The notes beneath the pieces were generated by a model that did not search any database, was not told the DNA's origin, and saw only the letters and a list, made by a program, of their open reading frames with translations. From an uncultured Actinomycetes bacterium (GTDB lineage Bacteria > Actinomycetota > Thermoleophilia > UBA2241), in the NCBI GenBank assembly GCA_963755025.1, contig CAVWIH010000020.1, positions 1 to 64,000 of the forward strand: a stretch of 64,000 nucleotides of DNA, in the 5' to 3' direction. The position numbers and the translations under genes are program-made. This document shows, in pieces, positions 1-8,867 of this stretch (position 1 is the first letter of the stretch; each line of letters begins with the position of its first letter).

Positions 1-1133
1 ACTACGAGCGCGACCTGGTCGACGGCAAGTGCCCGGTGCACGGCACCGGCTCCGTCTGGCTCGAAGAAGAGAACTACTACTTTCTGCTGAGCCGCTACCA
101 GGAGCGGCTGCGCGACCACTACCTCGAACACCCCGACTGGGTGCGGCCGCGCTCGCGCTACAACGAGGCGCTGTCGTTCATCGAGGGCGGTCTCGACGAC
201 ATCTCCATCAGCCGCAAGTCGATCACCTGGGGCATTCCCGTGCCCTGGGACCCCGAGCAGGTCATTTACGTCTGGGTCGACGCGCTCATCAACTACGTCT
301 CGGCGCTCACCTATGCCCGCCCCGGCAACGACCTCGAGGCGCGCTACTGGCCGGCCGACACGCACCTGTTGGCCAAAGACATCCTCAAGTTCCACGCCGT
401 GATCTGGCCGGCGCTGCTGTGGAGCGCCGGCTACGAGGCGCCGCGCAGCGAGTTCATCCACGGCTACCTGCTCATGGGCGGCGAGAAGATGAGCAAGACG
501 CGCGGCAACGTGCTCGACCCGTTCGCGGTGATCGCGCAGCGCGGCGTCGACGCCCTGCGCTTCTACCTGTTCCGCGAGGTGACCTTCGGCCAGGACGGCG
601 TGATCAGCCTCGAAGGCTTCGAGCAGCGCTACAACAACGAGCTCGCCAACGAGCTCGGCAACCTGGTCAGCCGCACGGTGTCGATGATCGCCAAGTACCG
701 CGGCGGCCACCTTTCGCCGGCCGCGGCGCCGGGCGCCGACCAGGGCCTCGCCCCCGAGGGCGAAGCCATGGTCGCCGCGGTCACCGAGCGCCTGGGCGCG
801 GTCGAGATCACGGCCGCCCTCGAATCCGCCTGGGAGTTCGTGCGCCGGCTCAACCGCTACGTCGAAGAAGAGGCTCCCTGGAAGCTCGCCAAAGACCCGG
901 CCCAGGCCGAGCGCCTCGACCTGGTGCTGCACGGCCTGGCGGCCGGGCTGCGCCTGGTCGCCCTCACGCTCTACCCGGTCATCCCCGACACGGCGGTCGA
1001 GATCCTGCGCCGCCTGGGACAGCCCCACGGCGACGCCGACCTGGCCCTCGAGCGGGCGCGCTGGAACGGCCTGGCGGCGGCCGACGTGGTCGTCGCGCCG
1101 TCGCTGTTCCCGCGCATCGACGCCGAGGCGTAG
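1..1133 (+). CDS. metG: Methionine--tRNA ligase (5' truncated by window edge)
   Basis: EENYYFLLS, DISISR, YVWVDALINY, KDILKFHAVIWPA, KMSKT motif, NELGNLVSR. Confidence 0.97.
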   Translation, partial: YERDLVDGKCPVHGTGSVWLEEENYYFLLSRYQERLRDHYLEHPDWVRPRSRYNEALSFIEGGLDDISISRKSITWGIPVPWDPEQVIYVWVDALINYVSALTYARPGNDLEARYWPADTHLLAKDILKFHAVIWPALLWSAGYEAPRSEFIHGYLLMGGEKMSKTRGNVLDPFAVIAQRGVDALRFYLFREVTFGQDGVISLEGFEQRYNNELANELGNLVSRTVSMIAKYRGGHLSPAAAPGADQGLAPEGEAMVAAVTERLGAVEITAALESAWEFVRRLNRYVEEEAPWKLAKDPAQAERLDLVLHGLAAGLRLVALTLYPVIPDTAVEILRRLGQPHGDADLALERARWNGLAAADVVVAPSLFPRIDAEA

Positions 1134-1143
1134 GGGCGCGGGC

Positions 1144-1964
1144 GTGCCGGGCGGCCACGAGACGGACGCGCAGGGCCGGGAGGCCACCGGACTGGTCGAC
1201 ACCCACTGCCACCTCGACCTGCTCAAGGGCACGCCCGACGAGGCGCTCGCCGAGACGCGCGCGGCCGGCATCGAGGCCGTGGTGGCGGTCGGCATCGACC
1301 TGCCCTCGTCGCGCACGGCGGCCGCCCTGGCGGCGCGCAACCCCGACGTCTACGCGGTCGTGGGAGTCCACCCGCACGACGCCCTGGGCTTCAACGGCGT
1401 GGTGCGCACCGGCCTCGAGCGGCTGCTCGGCCAGCCCCGCGTGGTGGCCGTCGGCGAGTGCGGCCTCGACTTTTACCGCGACCTCGCCCCGCGCGACGTG
1501 CAGCGCGCGGTCTTCGTCGAGCAGCTCGACCTCGCGCGGGCCGCGGGCAAGCCGGTCTGCGTGCACAGCCGCGACGCGGGCGGCGAGACCTTCGCCCTGC
1601 TCACCGAGCACGGCGACGGGCTGCGCATCGTGTTGCACTGCTTCTCGACCCCGAGTACGTCGAGCTCTGCAACGAGCGCGGCTACTACGTGTCGTTCGCC
1701 GGCAACCTGACCTACAAGAACTCGACCGAGCTGCAGCGCGCCGCCGCGCTGGTGCGCGACGAACTGCTGCTGGTCGAGACCGACGCGCCGTTCCTGACGC
1801 CCATGCCGCGGCGCGGGCGGCCCAACCGCCCCGCCTACGTCGCCCTCACCGCCCAGTTCCTGGCCGACCTGCGCGGCTGGAGCGCCGGGCAGGTCGCCGC
1901 CGTGACCACCGCCAACGCGCGCCGCGCCTTTGGCATAGGCGCGCCGGCCGCGCGGCCGTCGTGA
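1144..1964 (+). CDS. tatD: TatD family DNase; one frame break near 1650 (probable assembly indel)
   Basis: DTHCHL, GVHPH, GECGLDFY, VHSRDA, LHCF in ORF 1144-1710; ETDAPFL..P..RGRPNRP in ORF 1458-1964; follows metG. Confidence 0.92.
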
Positions 1965-2781
1965 GCCACGCCCGACCGCCGGCCCGGCGGCGGTACGGCC
2001 AGCACCACCTGGTCGATCGCGGCACGCTCGACGCCATCCTCGCCATGGCCCACGTGCAGCCCGACGACATTGTGCTCGAGGTGGGCGCCGCCGACGGCCT
2101 GCTCACCAGGCGGCTCATCGAGCAGGCGCGCTACGTGCACGCCTTCGAGATCGACCACCGCTTCGCCGAGGGGCTCGACAAGCTCGCCGCGGGGCGCGAC
2201 GACTTGCGCATCCATCTGGTCGACGCCCTGCGCTCCGGCTCGCCGGCCTCGACCCCGCGCCGACCGCGCTGGTGGCCAACCTCGCCTACAACATCGCGGT
2301 GCCGCTGCTCATGCGCTCCATCGCCACGGTGCCCAGCCTGCAGCGCTGGGCCGTGATGCTGCAGCGCGAGCTCGCCGAGCGGCTGTTCGCGGTGCCCAGC
2401 ACCAAGGCGTACTCGGCCGTGTCGGTGCTGGTGCAGCTCTCCTGCGAGCTCGAGGCGCAGCGCGCGGTGCCGCGCACCGTCTTTGCGCCGCAACCGCGGG
2501 TCGATTCGGCCTTCGTCACGTTCAGGCGCTCGGGGCCGCTGCCCTTCGACCACACCGCCGTGCTCGAGACCCTGGTGCGCACCTCGTTCGGGCAGCGCCG
2601 CAAGCAGATCGTGAACTCGCTGTCGGGCGCCTCGGCGCCGGGCGCGGAGCCGCTCACGCGCGCCGACGTGCAGGACGCCCTCGAGGCGCTCGGCTTGCCC
2701 GACTCGACCCGCCCCGAAGAGCTTACGCCGCCGACCTTCGTGGCCCTCGCCAGGCAGCTCGGGTGGCTGCCCGCGGCATGA
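1961..2781 (+). CDS. rsmA: 16S rRNA dimethyladenosine transferase; frame break near 2230-2260
   Basis: YGQHHLVD, VLEVGAADG, FEID, then ANLAYNI, MLQRELAERL, F.PQPRVDSA, FGQRRKQI; tatD-rsmA-ispE synteny. Confidence 0.92.
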
Positions 2782-3857
2782 GCGGCGCCGACGATACGAC
2801 CGCCGGGAAGGAGCGCGACATGGACGCAGCGAACGAGCCCGGCGCCGGCGCCGTGAGCGGCGCCGGCGACACACCGCGGCCCGCCTTTGTGCCGGCCGCC
2901 ACGGCGGTCGCGCAGGTCGCCGCGCCGGCCAAGATCAACCTCGGCCTGCTGGTCGGGCCGGTGCGCTCCGACGGCTTTCACGAGATCTTCTCGCCCATGC
3001 TGCCGGTCACGCTGGCCGACCTGGTGACGGCGCGCCCGGCGCCGGCAGGCGCCGGCCTCGCCGTCGAGTGCGACGTGGCGCCCGGCGAGGACAACCTCGC
3101 CGCCAAGGCCGTGCGCGAGCTCGAGCGACGCCTGGGGCGCAGCTTCGACGTGCGCCTGAGCATAGCCAAGCGCGTGCCGGCCGCGGCCGGTCTGGGCGGC
3201 GGCAGTTCCGACGCCGCGGCCGCGCTCACCGCCGTCGAGCGGCTCTTCGAGCTCGACCTGCCGGTGCGGCTGCGCTACGAGGTGGCCGGCGCGGTCGGCT
3301 CCGACGTGCCCTTCTTCCTCTGGCCCGGACCGCAACTGGCCATGGGGCGCGGCACCGTGCTCAAAGAGATCGTCCTGCCCGAGCCGCTGCACATCGTGAT
3401 CGCGCTGCCCGGTCTCGCCCTCTCGACCGCCGACGTCTACCGCTGGTTCTCCAGGCGACCCGACGCTCCCGGCACGGCGCTCGCCGAGCGCAGGTCGTTC
3501 GCGGCGCGCACGCAGGCGCTCTACGCGCGCCTGAGCGCCGCGCGCCGCCCGCGCGACCTGACGGCGGTCATCGACAATGAGCTCGAGGCGCCGGTCGTGG
3601 CGCGCCACCCGCCGATCGCCGAGCTCAAGGCGCGCCTGCTCGACGCGGGCGCCTTCGCCGCCGCCATGAGCGGCAGCGGCTCGAGCGTGTTCGGCCTGTT
3701 CTCAAGCGCGGCCGGCGCGCAGCGCGCGGTCGTGGCGCTGGCTCCCCTGCAGGCCGTCTACGTGACCGACCTGCAGCCCGGCGACCCCGCCGACCTGCAG
3801 CCCGGCGACCACGACGCGCCGGGCCAGACTCGGCCGGAGCCATCTTCGCCCAAGTGA
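2778..3857 (+). CDS. ispE: 4-diphosphocytidyl-2-C-methyl-D-erythritol kinase
   Basis: APAKINLGL, KRVPAAAGLGGGSSDAAA, GSDVPFF, MSGSGSSVFG. Confidence 0.95.
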   Translation: MSGADDTTAGKERDMDAANEPGAGAVSGAGDTPRPAFVPAATAVAQVAAPAKINLGLLVGPVRSDGFHEIFSPMLPVTLADLVTARPAPAGAGLAVECDVAPGEDNLAAKAVRELERRLGRSFDVRLSIAKRVPAAAGLGGGSSDAAAALTAVERLFELDLPVRLRYEVAGAVGSDVPFFLWPGPQLAMGRGTVLKEIVLPEPLHIVIALPGLALSTADVYRWFSRRPDAPGTALAERRSFAARTQALYARLSAARRPRDLTAVIDNELEAPVVARHPPIAELKARLLDAGAFAAAMSGSGSSVFGLFSSAAGAQRAVVALAPLQAVYVTDLQPGDPADLQPGDHDAPGQTRPEPSSPK

Positions 3858-3898
3858 TAGACTGCCGTGGGGCAGGAGCCTCTGAATGCTTGCGCCGC

Positions 3899-3972
3899 TG
3901 GGGCGTGGCCAAGTGGCAAGGCAACGGGTTTTGGTCCCGTGATCGGAGGTTCGAATCCTCCCGCCCCAGCCA
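3899..3972 (+). tRNA. tRNA-Gln (anticodon TTG)
   Basis: TGGGGCG/CGCCCCA acceptor stem, D-arm GCCAAGTGGCAAGGC, anticodon arm ACGGG-TTTTGGT-CCCGT, GGTTCGAATCC T-arm, 3' CCA. Confidence 0.96.
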
Positions 3973-4029
3973 GACCGCGGCCGCGAGCCGCGCACCGACG
4001 TCCACACCGCCGCGATGGGAACGGATGCC

Positions 4030-5445
4030 ATGTCTGCCGAACAGCCGATAACTTCTTCGCGCGCGAGCCGGCCGCTGGCCGTGATCGTCATGGCCGCGGG
4101 CCTGGGCACGCGCATGAAGTCCGAGATCCCCAAGGTCATGCACCCCGTCTGCGGACGACCGCTGCTGGCCTACGTGCTCGACGCCGCCGCCGCCCTCGAG
4201 CCGGCGCGACTCGTCGTGGTCACGGGCCCCGGCGACGACGATCCCGTGGCCGCGGTGCTGCCGGCAGGCGCGCAACGCGCCGTGCAGGCCGAGCGTCTCG
4301 GCAGCGGCGACGCCGTGCGGGCCGGCATGGTCCCGCTCGCCGACTTCGACGGCGACGTCATGGTCTTGAACGGCGACGTGCCGCTGGCCGGCGCCGAGCT
4401 GCTCGCGGGCTTGCGCCGCCACCACGTCGACTGCACGGCCCGGGCGACCGTCACCACGGTCGTGCTCGACGACCCCGCGCAGTACGGTCGTATCGTGCGC
4501 AACGCCGGGGGCGACCTCACGGCCATCGTCGAGGCGCGCGACGCGTCGCCCGGCGAGCTCGCCATCACCGAGATCAACGTCGGCTTCTACGTGTTCGACG
4601 CCGCCGGGCTGCGGCGCTTTCTGCCGACCCTCACCGCCGACAACGCCCAGGGCGAGTACTACCTCACCGACCTGGTCGATCGCTTTCTGCAGGCCGGCGA
4701 CCGCGTGGCCGCCTTTCTCACCGCCGACGTGCAGGCCAGCATAGGGGTCAACTCGCGCGTCGACCTGGCCCAGGTCAACGCCATCATGCGGGCCCGCATA
4801 CTCGAGCGCCTCATGCTCGACGGCGTGACGATCGACGACCCTGCGTCGACCTACGTCGACTGGGGCGTGACGGTGGGCTGCGACACCGTCCTGCGGCCGC
4901 AGACCATGCTCACCGGGGCCACGGTCGTCGGCGCCGGCTGCACGGTGGGGCCGGGCTGCTTTCTCGCCGACGTCACGGTCGACGACGGCGCCACCATCAT
5001 CTCGTCGCACCTGATCGGCTGTCACGTAGGCCCGGCCGCGAGCGTGGGTCCGTTCACGCACCTGCGGCCCGGCGCCGAGCTCGGGCCGGGCTCGCGGGCG
5101 GGCAGCTTCGTCGAGATCAAGAAGAGCCGCGTGGGCACGGGCAGCAAGGTGCCGCACTTAAGCTACGTGGGCGACACCACGATCGGCGACGGCACCAACA
5201 TCGGCGCCGGCACCATCACCGCCAACTACGACGGCGAGCGCAAGCACCCGACCACCATCGGCAGTTTCGTACGGGTGGGCAGCGACACCGTGTTCGTGGC
5301 GCCGGTGGCCGTGGGCGACCGCGCCGTCATAGGCGCCGGCTCGGTGATCACCAAAGACGTGCCCGAGGGCGCCCTGGGCGTGGCCCGCGGCCGTCAGGAG
5401 AACGTCGAAGGCTATGCCGACCGCCGCCGGCCGCGCCCCGAATGA
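4030..5445 (+). CDS. glmU: Bifunctional UDP-GlcNAc pyrophosphorylase / glucosamine-1-phosphate acetyltransferase
   Basis: MAAGLGTRMKS, NAQGEYYLTD, hexapeptide repeats, HLSYVGD, NIGAGTITANYDG. Confidence 0.97.
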   Translation: MSAEQPITSSRASRPLAVIVMAAGLGTRMKSEIPKVMHPVCGRPLLAYVLDAAAALEPARLVVVTGPGDDDPVAAVLPAGAQRAVQAERLGSGDAVRAGMVPLADFDGDVMVLNGDVPLAGAELLAGLRRHHVDCTARATVTTVVLDDPAQYGRIVRNAGGDLTAIVEARDASPGELAITEINVGFYVFDAAGLRRFLPTLTADNAQGEYYLTDLVDRFLQAGDRVAAFLTADVQASIGVNSRVDLAQVNAIMRARILERLMLDGVTIDDPASTYVDWGVTVGCDTVLRPQTMLTGATVVGAGCTVGPGCFLADVTVDDGATIISSHLIGCHVGPAASVGPFTHLRPGAELGPGSRAGSFVEIKKSRVGTGSKVPHLSYVGDTTIGDGTNIGAGTITANYDGERKHPTTIGSFVRVGSDTVFVAPVAVGDRAVIGAGSVITKDVPEGALGVARGRQENVEGYADRRRPRPE

Positions 5446-5485
5446 GCCTGGCCGCCGACTGGCGGCACGGTAACACCGGCACCTC

Positions 5486-5494
5486 TGGTACAAT
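5486..5494 (+). promoter_or_regulatory. Extended -10 element (TGgTACAAT) for prs-rplY-pth
   Basis: TGnTANNNT match about 40 nt upstream of prs. Confidence 0.55.
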
Positions 5495-5533
5495 CCAAGG
5501 CCCGCAAGGCTTTTTGTCGCGAAGGGATTCGCC

Positions 5534-6529
5534 GTGACCAACAAGATGTGTCATGTGGTGGGCACGACGCAGCGCCGCCTCATGGTGTTCGCGGGCCGCA
5601 GCAACCCGCAGCTCGGCGAAGCCATCGCCTATCATCTGGGCATCTCGCTCGGTCCCATCCTGCTCAAGACCTTCGCCAACGGCGAGATCTACGCGCGCTA
5701 CGAAGAGAGCATCCGCGACGCCGACGTCTTTCTGGTGCAGTCGCCGCACGGCAAGTTGAACCAGCAGGTCATGGAGCTGCTCATCATGATCCAGGCGGCC
5801 AAGCTGGCGTCGGCCCACCGCGTGACCGCGGTGCTGCCGTACTTCCCCTACGCCCGGCAAGACAAAAAGAGCGCCGCCCGCGAGCCTATCGCGGCGCGCC
5901 TCATCGCCACGCTGCTCGAAGCCGCCGGCGCCGACCGCGTGCTCTCGATGGACCTCCACCAGGGCCAGGTCCAGGGCTTCTTCGAGATCCCAGTCGACCA
6001 CATGACGGCCGTGCCCATCCTGGCCGACTACTTCCGCTACCGCGGCCTGGGCGACGCCGAGCTCGTCGCCGTGTCGGCCGACGCCGGCGGCGTCAAGCTC
6101 GCCAAGCGCTTCGCCAACCGCCTCGACGCCGACCTCGCCGTGCTCACCAAGATGCGCCCGGCCCACAACGTGGCCGAGACCATGCACTTCATTGGCGACG
6201 TCGACGGCAAGGTGGCCATCGTGGTCGACGACATGATCGACACCGCCGGCTCCGTCGTGAACGCCATCGACACCCTCTACGAGCACGGCGCCAGCGAGGT
6301 CTACGTCACCGCGACCCACGGCATCTTCTCGGGCCCGGCGCGCGAGCGTATCGCCGCGTCGCCCGTCAAAGAGATCGTGGTCACCGACACCCTGCCGGTC
6401 GTGCTCAACGTGACCGACACCAAGATCAAAGTCCTGTCCGTGGCGAGTATCCTCGCCGACACAATCAAGCGCGTGTTCGAAGGCGAATCGGTCAGTGAGC
6501 TGTTCGCCGGCGAGAACGCTCTCTTCTAG
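5534..6529 (+). CDS. prs: Ribose-phosphate pyrophosphokinase
   Basis: FANGE, PYFPYARQDKK, MDLH, VDDMIDTAGS, ATHGIFSG. Confidence 0.97.
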   Translation: MTNKMCHVVGTTQRRLMVFAGRSNPQLGEAIAYHLGISLGPILLKTFANGEIYARYEESIRDADVFLVQSPHGKLNQQVMELLIMIQAAKLASAHRVTAVLPYFPYARQDKKSAAREPIAARLIATLLEAAGADRVLSMDLHQGQVQGFFEIPVDHMTAVPILADYFRYRGLGDAELVAVSADAGGVKLAKRFANRLDADLAVLTKMRPAHNVAETMHFIGDVDGKVAIVVDDMIDTAGSVVNAIDTLYEHGASEVYVTATHGIFSGPARERIAASPVKEIVVTDTLPVVLNVTDTKIKVLSVASILADTIKRVFEGESVSELFAGENALF

Positions 6530-6544
6530 CAGGAGACAGACAAC

Positions 6545-7189
6545 ATGGATCGAGTCAAACTCGTCGTACACCCCCGCGACGTCGATGGCAGCCGCGAAGC
6601 GCGCCGTCTGCGCCGCCGCGGCCTCATTCCGGCCGTCCTGTACGGCTCGGGCAAGCCGGCAGTGAGCATCGCCGTCGAAGAGCACGCCTTGCGCGCCGCC
6701 GTCGGCACCGGCGCCGGCATGCACGCCGTGCTCGACGTCACGATCGAGGGCACGAGCAAGGCCCACGTCGCGATCGTCAAGGAGTTCGAGCTCGACAAGG
6801 TCAAGCACATCGTGACCCACGTCGACTTCCAGGAGATCGACCTCACCGAGGCCATCGAGTCGAACGTGACCGTCACCCTCGAGGGCACGCCCGTCGGCGT
6901 CAGCCTGAACGGCGGCCTGCTCGACATCATCTCGCGCGAGGTGACCGTGAGCGCCCTGCCGACCGACATCCCCGAGCACCTCACGCTCAACGTCGAAAAG
7001 CTCGACGTGGGCGACGTGGCGCACGTCTCCGACCTCACGGCGCCCGAGAACGTCACCATCCTCGACGACCCCGACGACGTCGTGTGCTCAGTGCTGGCGC
7101 CGCGACTCGCCGAAGAGGAGCCCGTCGAGGGCGAAGCTGCCGCCGAGCCCGAAGTCGTGGGCGAGCGCGAGGGCGAGTCCGAGGAGTAG
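6545..7189 (+). CDS. rplY: 50S ribosomal protein bL25 / Ctc
   Basis: RRLRRRGLIPAVLYG, HVDF, GGLL, acidic tail; AGGAG RBS; prs-rplY-pth synteny. Confidence 0.95.
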   Translation: MDRVKLVVHPRDVDGSREARRLRRRGLIPAVLYGSGKPAVSIAVEEHALRAAVGTGAGMHAVLDVTIEGTSKAHVAIVKEFELDKVKHIVTHVDFQEIDLTEAIESNVTVTLEGTPVGVSLNGGLLDIISREVTVSALPTDIPEHLTLNVEKLDVGDVAHVSDLTAPENVTILDDPDDVVCSVLAPRLAEEEPVEGEAAAEPEVVGEREGESEE

Positions 7190-7804
7190 ACGCTCACGGC
7201 CGGCCGCGCGGGTCGCACTCCGTCGCCGGGGCAGCCGGTCGAGCTGCTCGTCGTCGGCCTCGGCAACCCCGGTTCCCAGTACGCCTACACGCGGCACAAC
7301 GCCGGCTTTCTGGTCGTCGAGGCCCTGGCTACCCGGCACGGGTTCCCGCGCGCCAAGCGGGCCTACAGCGGACGCTACGCGGCCGGCTCCATAGCCGGCC
7401 GCGGCGTCGGGCTGCTCATACCGACCACGTACATGAACGAGTCCGGTCGCAGCGTGGCCGCCGCCCTGCGCGACCTGCGTCTGGGCGAACCCCAGCTGCT
7501 CGTCGTGCACGACCATATCGACCTGCCCTTCGGCCGGCTGCGCCTTACGCACGCCGGCGGCCACGGCGGCCATAACGGCATCCGCAGCCTCTTCGAGCTG
7601 GTCGGGCGCGACTTCGATCACGTGCGCATGGGCGTGGGGCGCCCGGCGAGCACCGAGCCCGACATCGTGGCCGACTACGTGCTGGGCCGTTTCAGCGAGC
7701 CGCGCGCCGAGGTCGACGACCTCGTGGGGCGCTCGGCCGACGCCGTCGAGCTCTGGGCGGCCGAGGGCATCGACGAAGCCATGAGCCGGCTGAACGCGGA
7801 GTAG
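7190..7804 (+). CDS. pth: Peptidyl-tRNA hydrolase (no canonical start visible; in frame with rplY)
   Basis: Read from sequence upstream of ORF 7433: LVVGLGNPG.QYAYTRHNAGF; then TYMNESG, VHDHIDL, GHGGHNG, DYVL. Confidence 0.93.
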   Translation, partial: TLTAGRAGRTPSPGQPVELLVVGLGNPGSQYAYTRHNAGFLVVEALATRHGFPRAKRAYSGRYAAGSIAGRGVGLLIPTTYMNESGRSVAAALRDLRLGEPQLLVVHDHIDLPFGRLRLTHAGGHGGHNGIRSLFELVGRDFDHVRMGVGRPASTEPDIVADYVLGRFSEPRAEVDDLVGRSADAVELWAAEGIDEAMSRLNAE

Positions 7805-7807
7805 GCG

Positions 7808-8770
7808 ATGCCACTCGGGGGCTACTGCGAGGTCTGCCGGCGCTGGGTGTGGCTGAACACCTACGGCGAGTGCCAGTTCGGCCACCCGGCGAGCGCCGTG
7901 CGCGACGTGCAGCAGCTCAGGCCGCCCGAGGGCGACGGCGACGAGCAGACGCAGCTCACCATCGACGCGGCGCGCAGCTTTGCGCTGCGCCGCCGCACCG
8001 GCCCCGCCGCCGCCTGGCGGCACTCGCTGTGGATCGTGCTCACCCTGCCGTTCGGCCTGCTCAGCTGGCTGGCCTTCATCTACATCGGGCTGCGCGCCCG
8101 GCGCGTCGAGTGGCTGGTGGCGGGCATCATCTACGCCGTCCCGCCCATCCTCGTGGCCGCCTTCTACGGGACCGCCCTGTTCTGGCCGCTCGTCGCGGTG
8201 GCCCTCACGACCTGGGTGATCTCCATCCTGCACGCCGTGCTGGTGCGCGGACAGTACCGCGCCGTCATGCTGGCCGGCGGGCCCGCCGGGCTGCTGCCCG
8301 CCGCCCCCGACGGCAGCTTCGAGACCGAGCGCCTGGAGCTGCCGAGCGGGCTCGACGCCGACGTCGTGCGCACGCTCGAGGCGGCGCAGGCGACGGTCGA
8401 CGAGATCGCCGCCACCGGGCGCGGCATCGACGCCCCGCCGGTGCGCGCCCGCGTCGACGCGCTGTGTCGCACGGCTCAGCGCATCTTGGCCGAGCTGCGC
8501 GACGACCCTCGCCGCCTCGGCCTGGCGCGCGCCTTCCTGACCTACTACCTCGACGCCGCCGGGCGCATCGTGGCCGGGTATGCCGACCTGGCCGGCAAGC
8601 GCCTCGACCCCGCCCAGGTCGAGCCCGTCCTCGAGCGCGCGATCGTGGCGCTCGACACGGTCCAGCAGGCTTTCGACCGCGAGCTCGTGAACCTCGCGCT
8701 GCGCGACGTCATCGACCTCGACGCCGAGATCGCCCTGCTCGAGACGACCGCCGGCATGGAGTCGCTCTAG
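7808..8770 (+). CDS. Membrane protein: N-terminal Cys/His motif, 3 TM helices, C-terminal XpaC-like domain
   Basis: CEVC...C.FGH at N-terminus; hydrophobic core; ARAFLTYYLD...DVIDLDAEI resembles the XpaC (5-bromo-4-chloroindolyl phosphate hydrolysis) family. Confidence 0.7.
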   Translation: MPLGGYCEVCRRWVWLNTYGECQFGHPASAVRDVQQLRPPEGDGDEQTQLTIDAARSFALRRRTGPAAAWRHSLWIVLTLPFGLLSWLAFIYIGLRARRVEWLVAGIIYAVPPILVAAFYGTALFWPLVAVALTTWVISILHAVLVRGQYRAVMLAGGPAGLLPAAPDGSFETERLELPSGLDADVVRTLEAAQATVDEIAATGRGIDAPPVRARVDALCRTAQRILAELRDDPRRLGLARAFLTYYLDAAGRIVAGYADLAGKRLDPAQVEPVLERAIVALDTVQQAFDRELVNLALRDVIDLDAEIALLETTAGMESL

Positions 8771-8867
8771 CGAGTCGCTCTGGCGGTCGTTGCAGCCGCC
8801 GCAGGCGGTGCTAGGATGGACCGCGGTCCGGCGCCTTGCGGGACCGACCGACACTCGAGGGGGGTCC

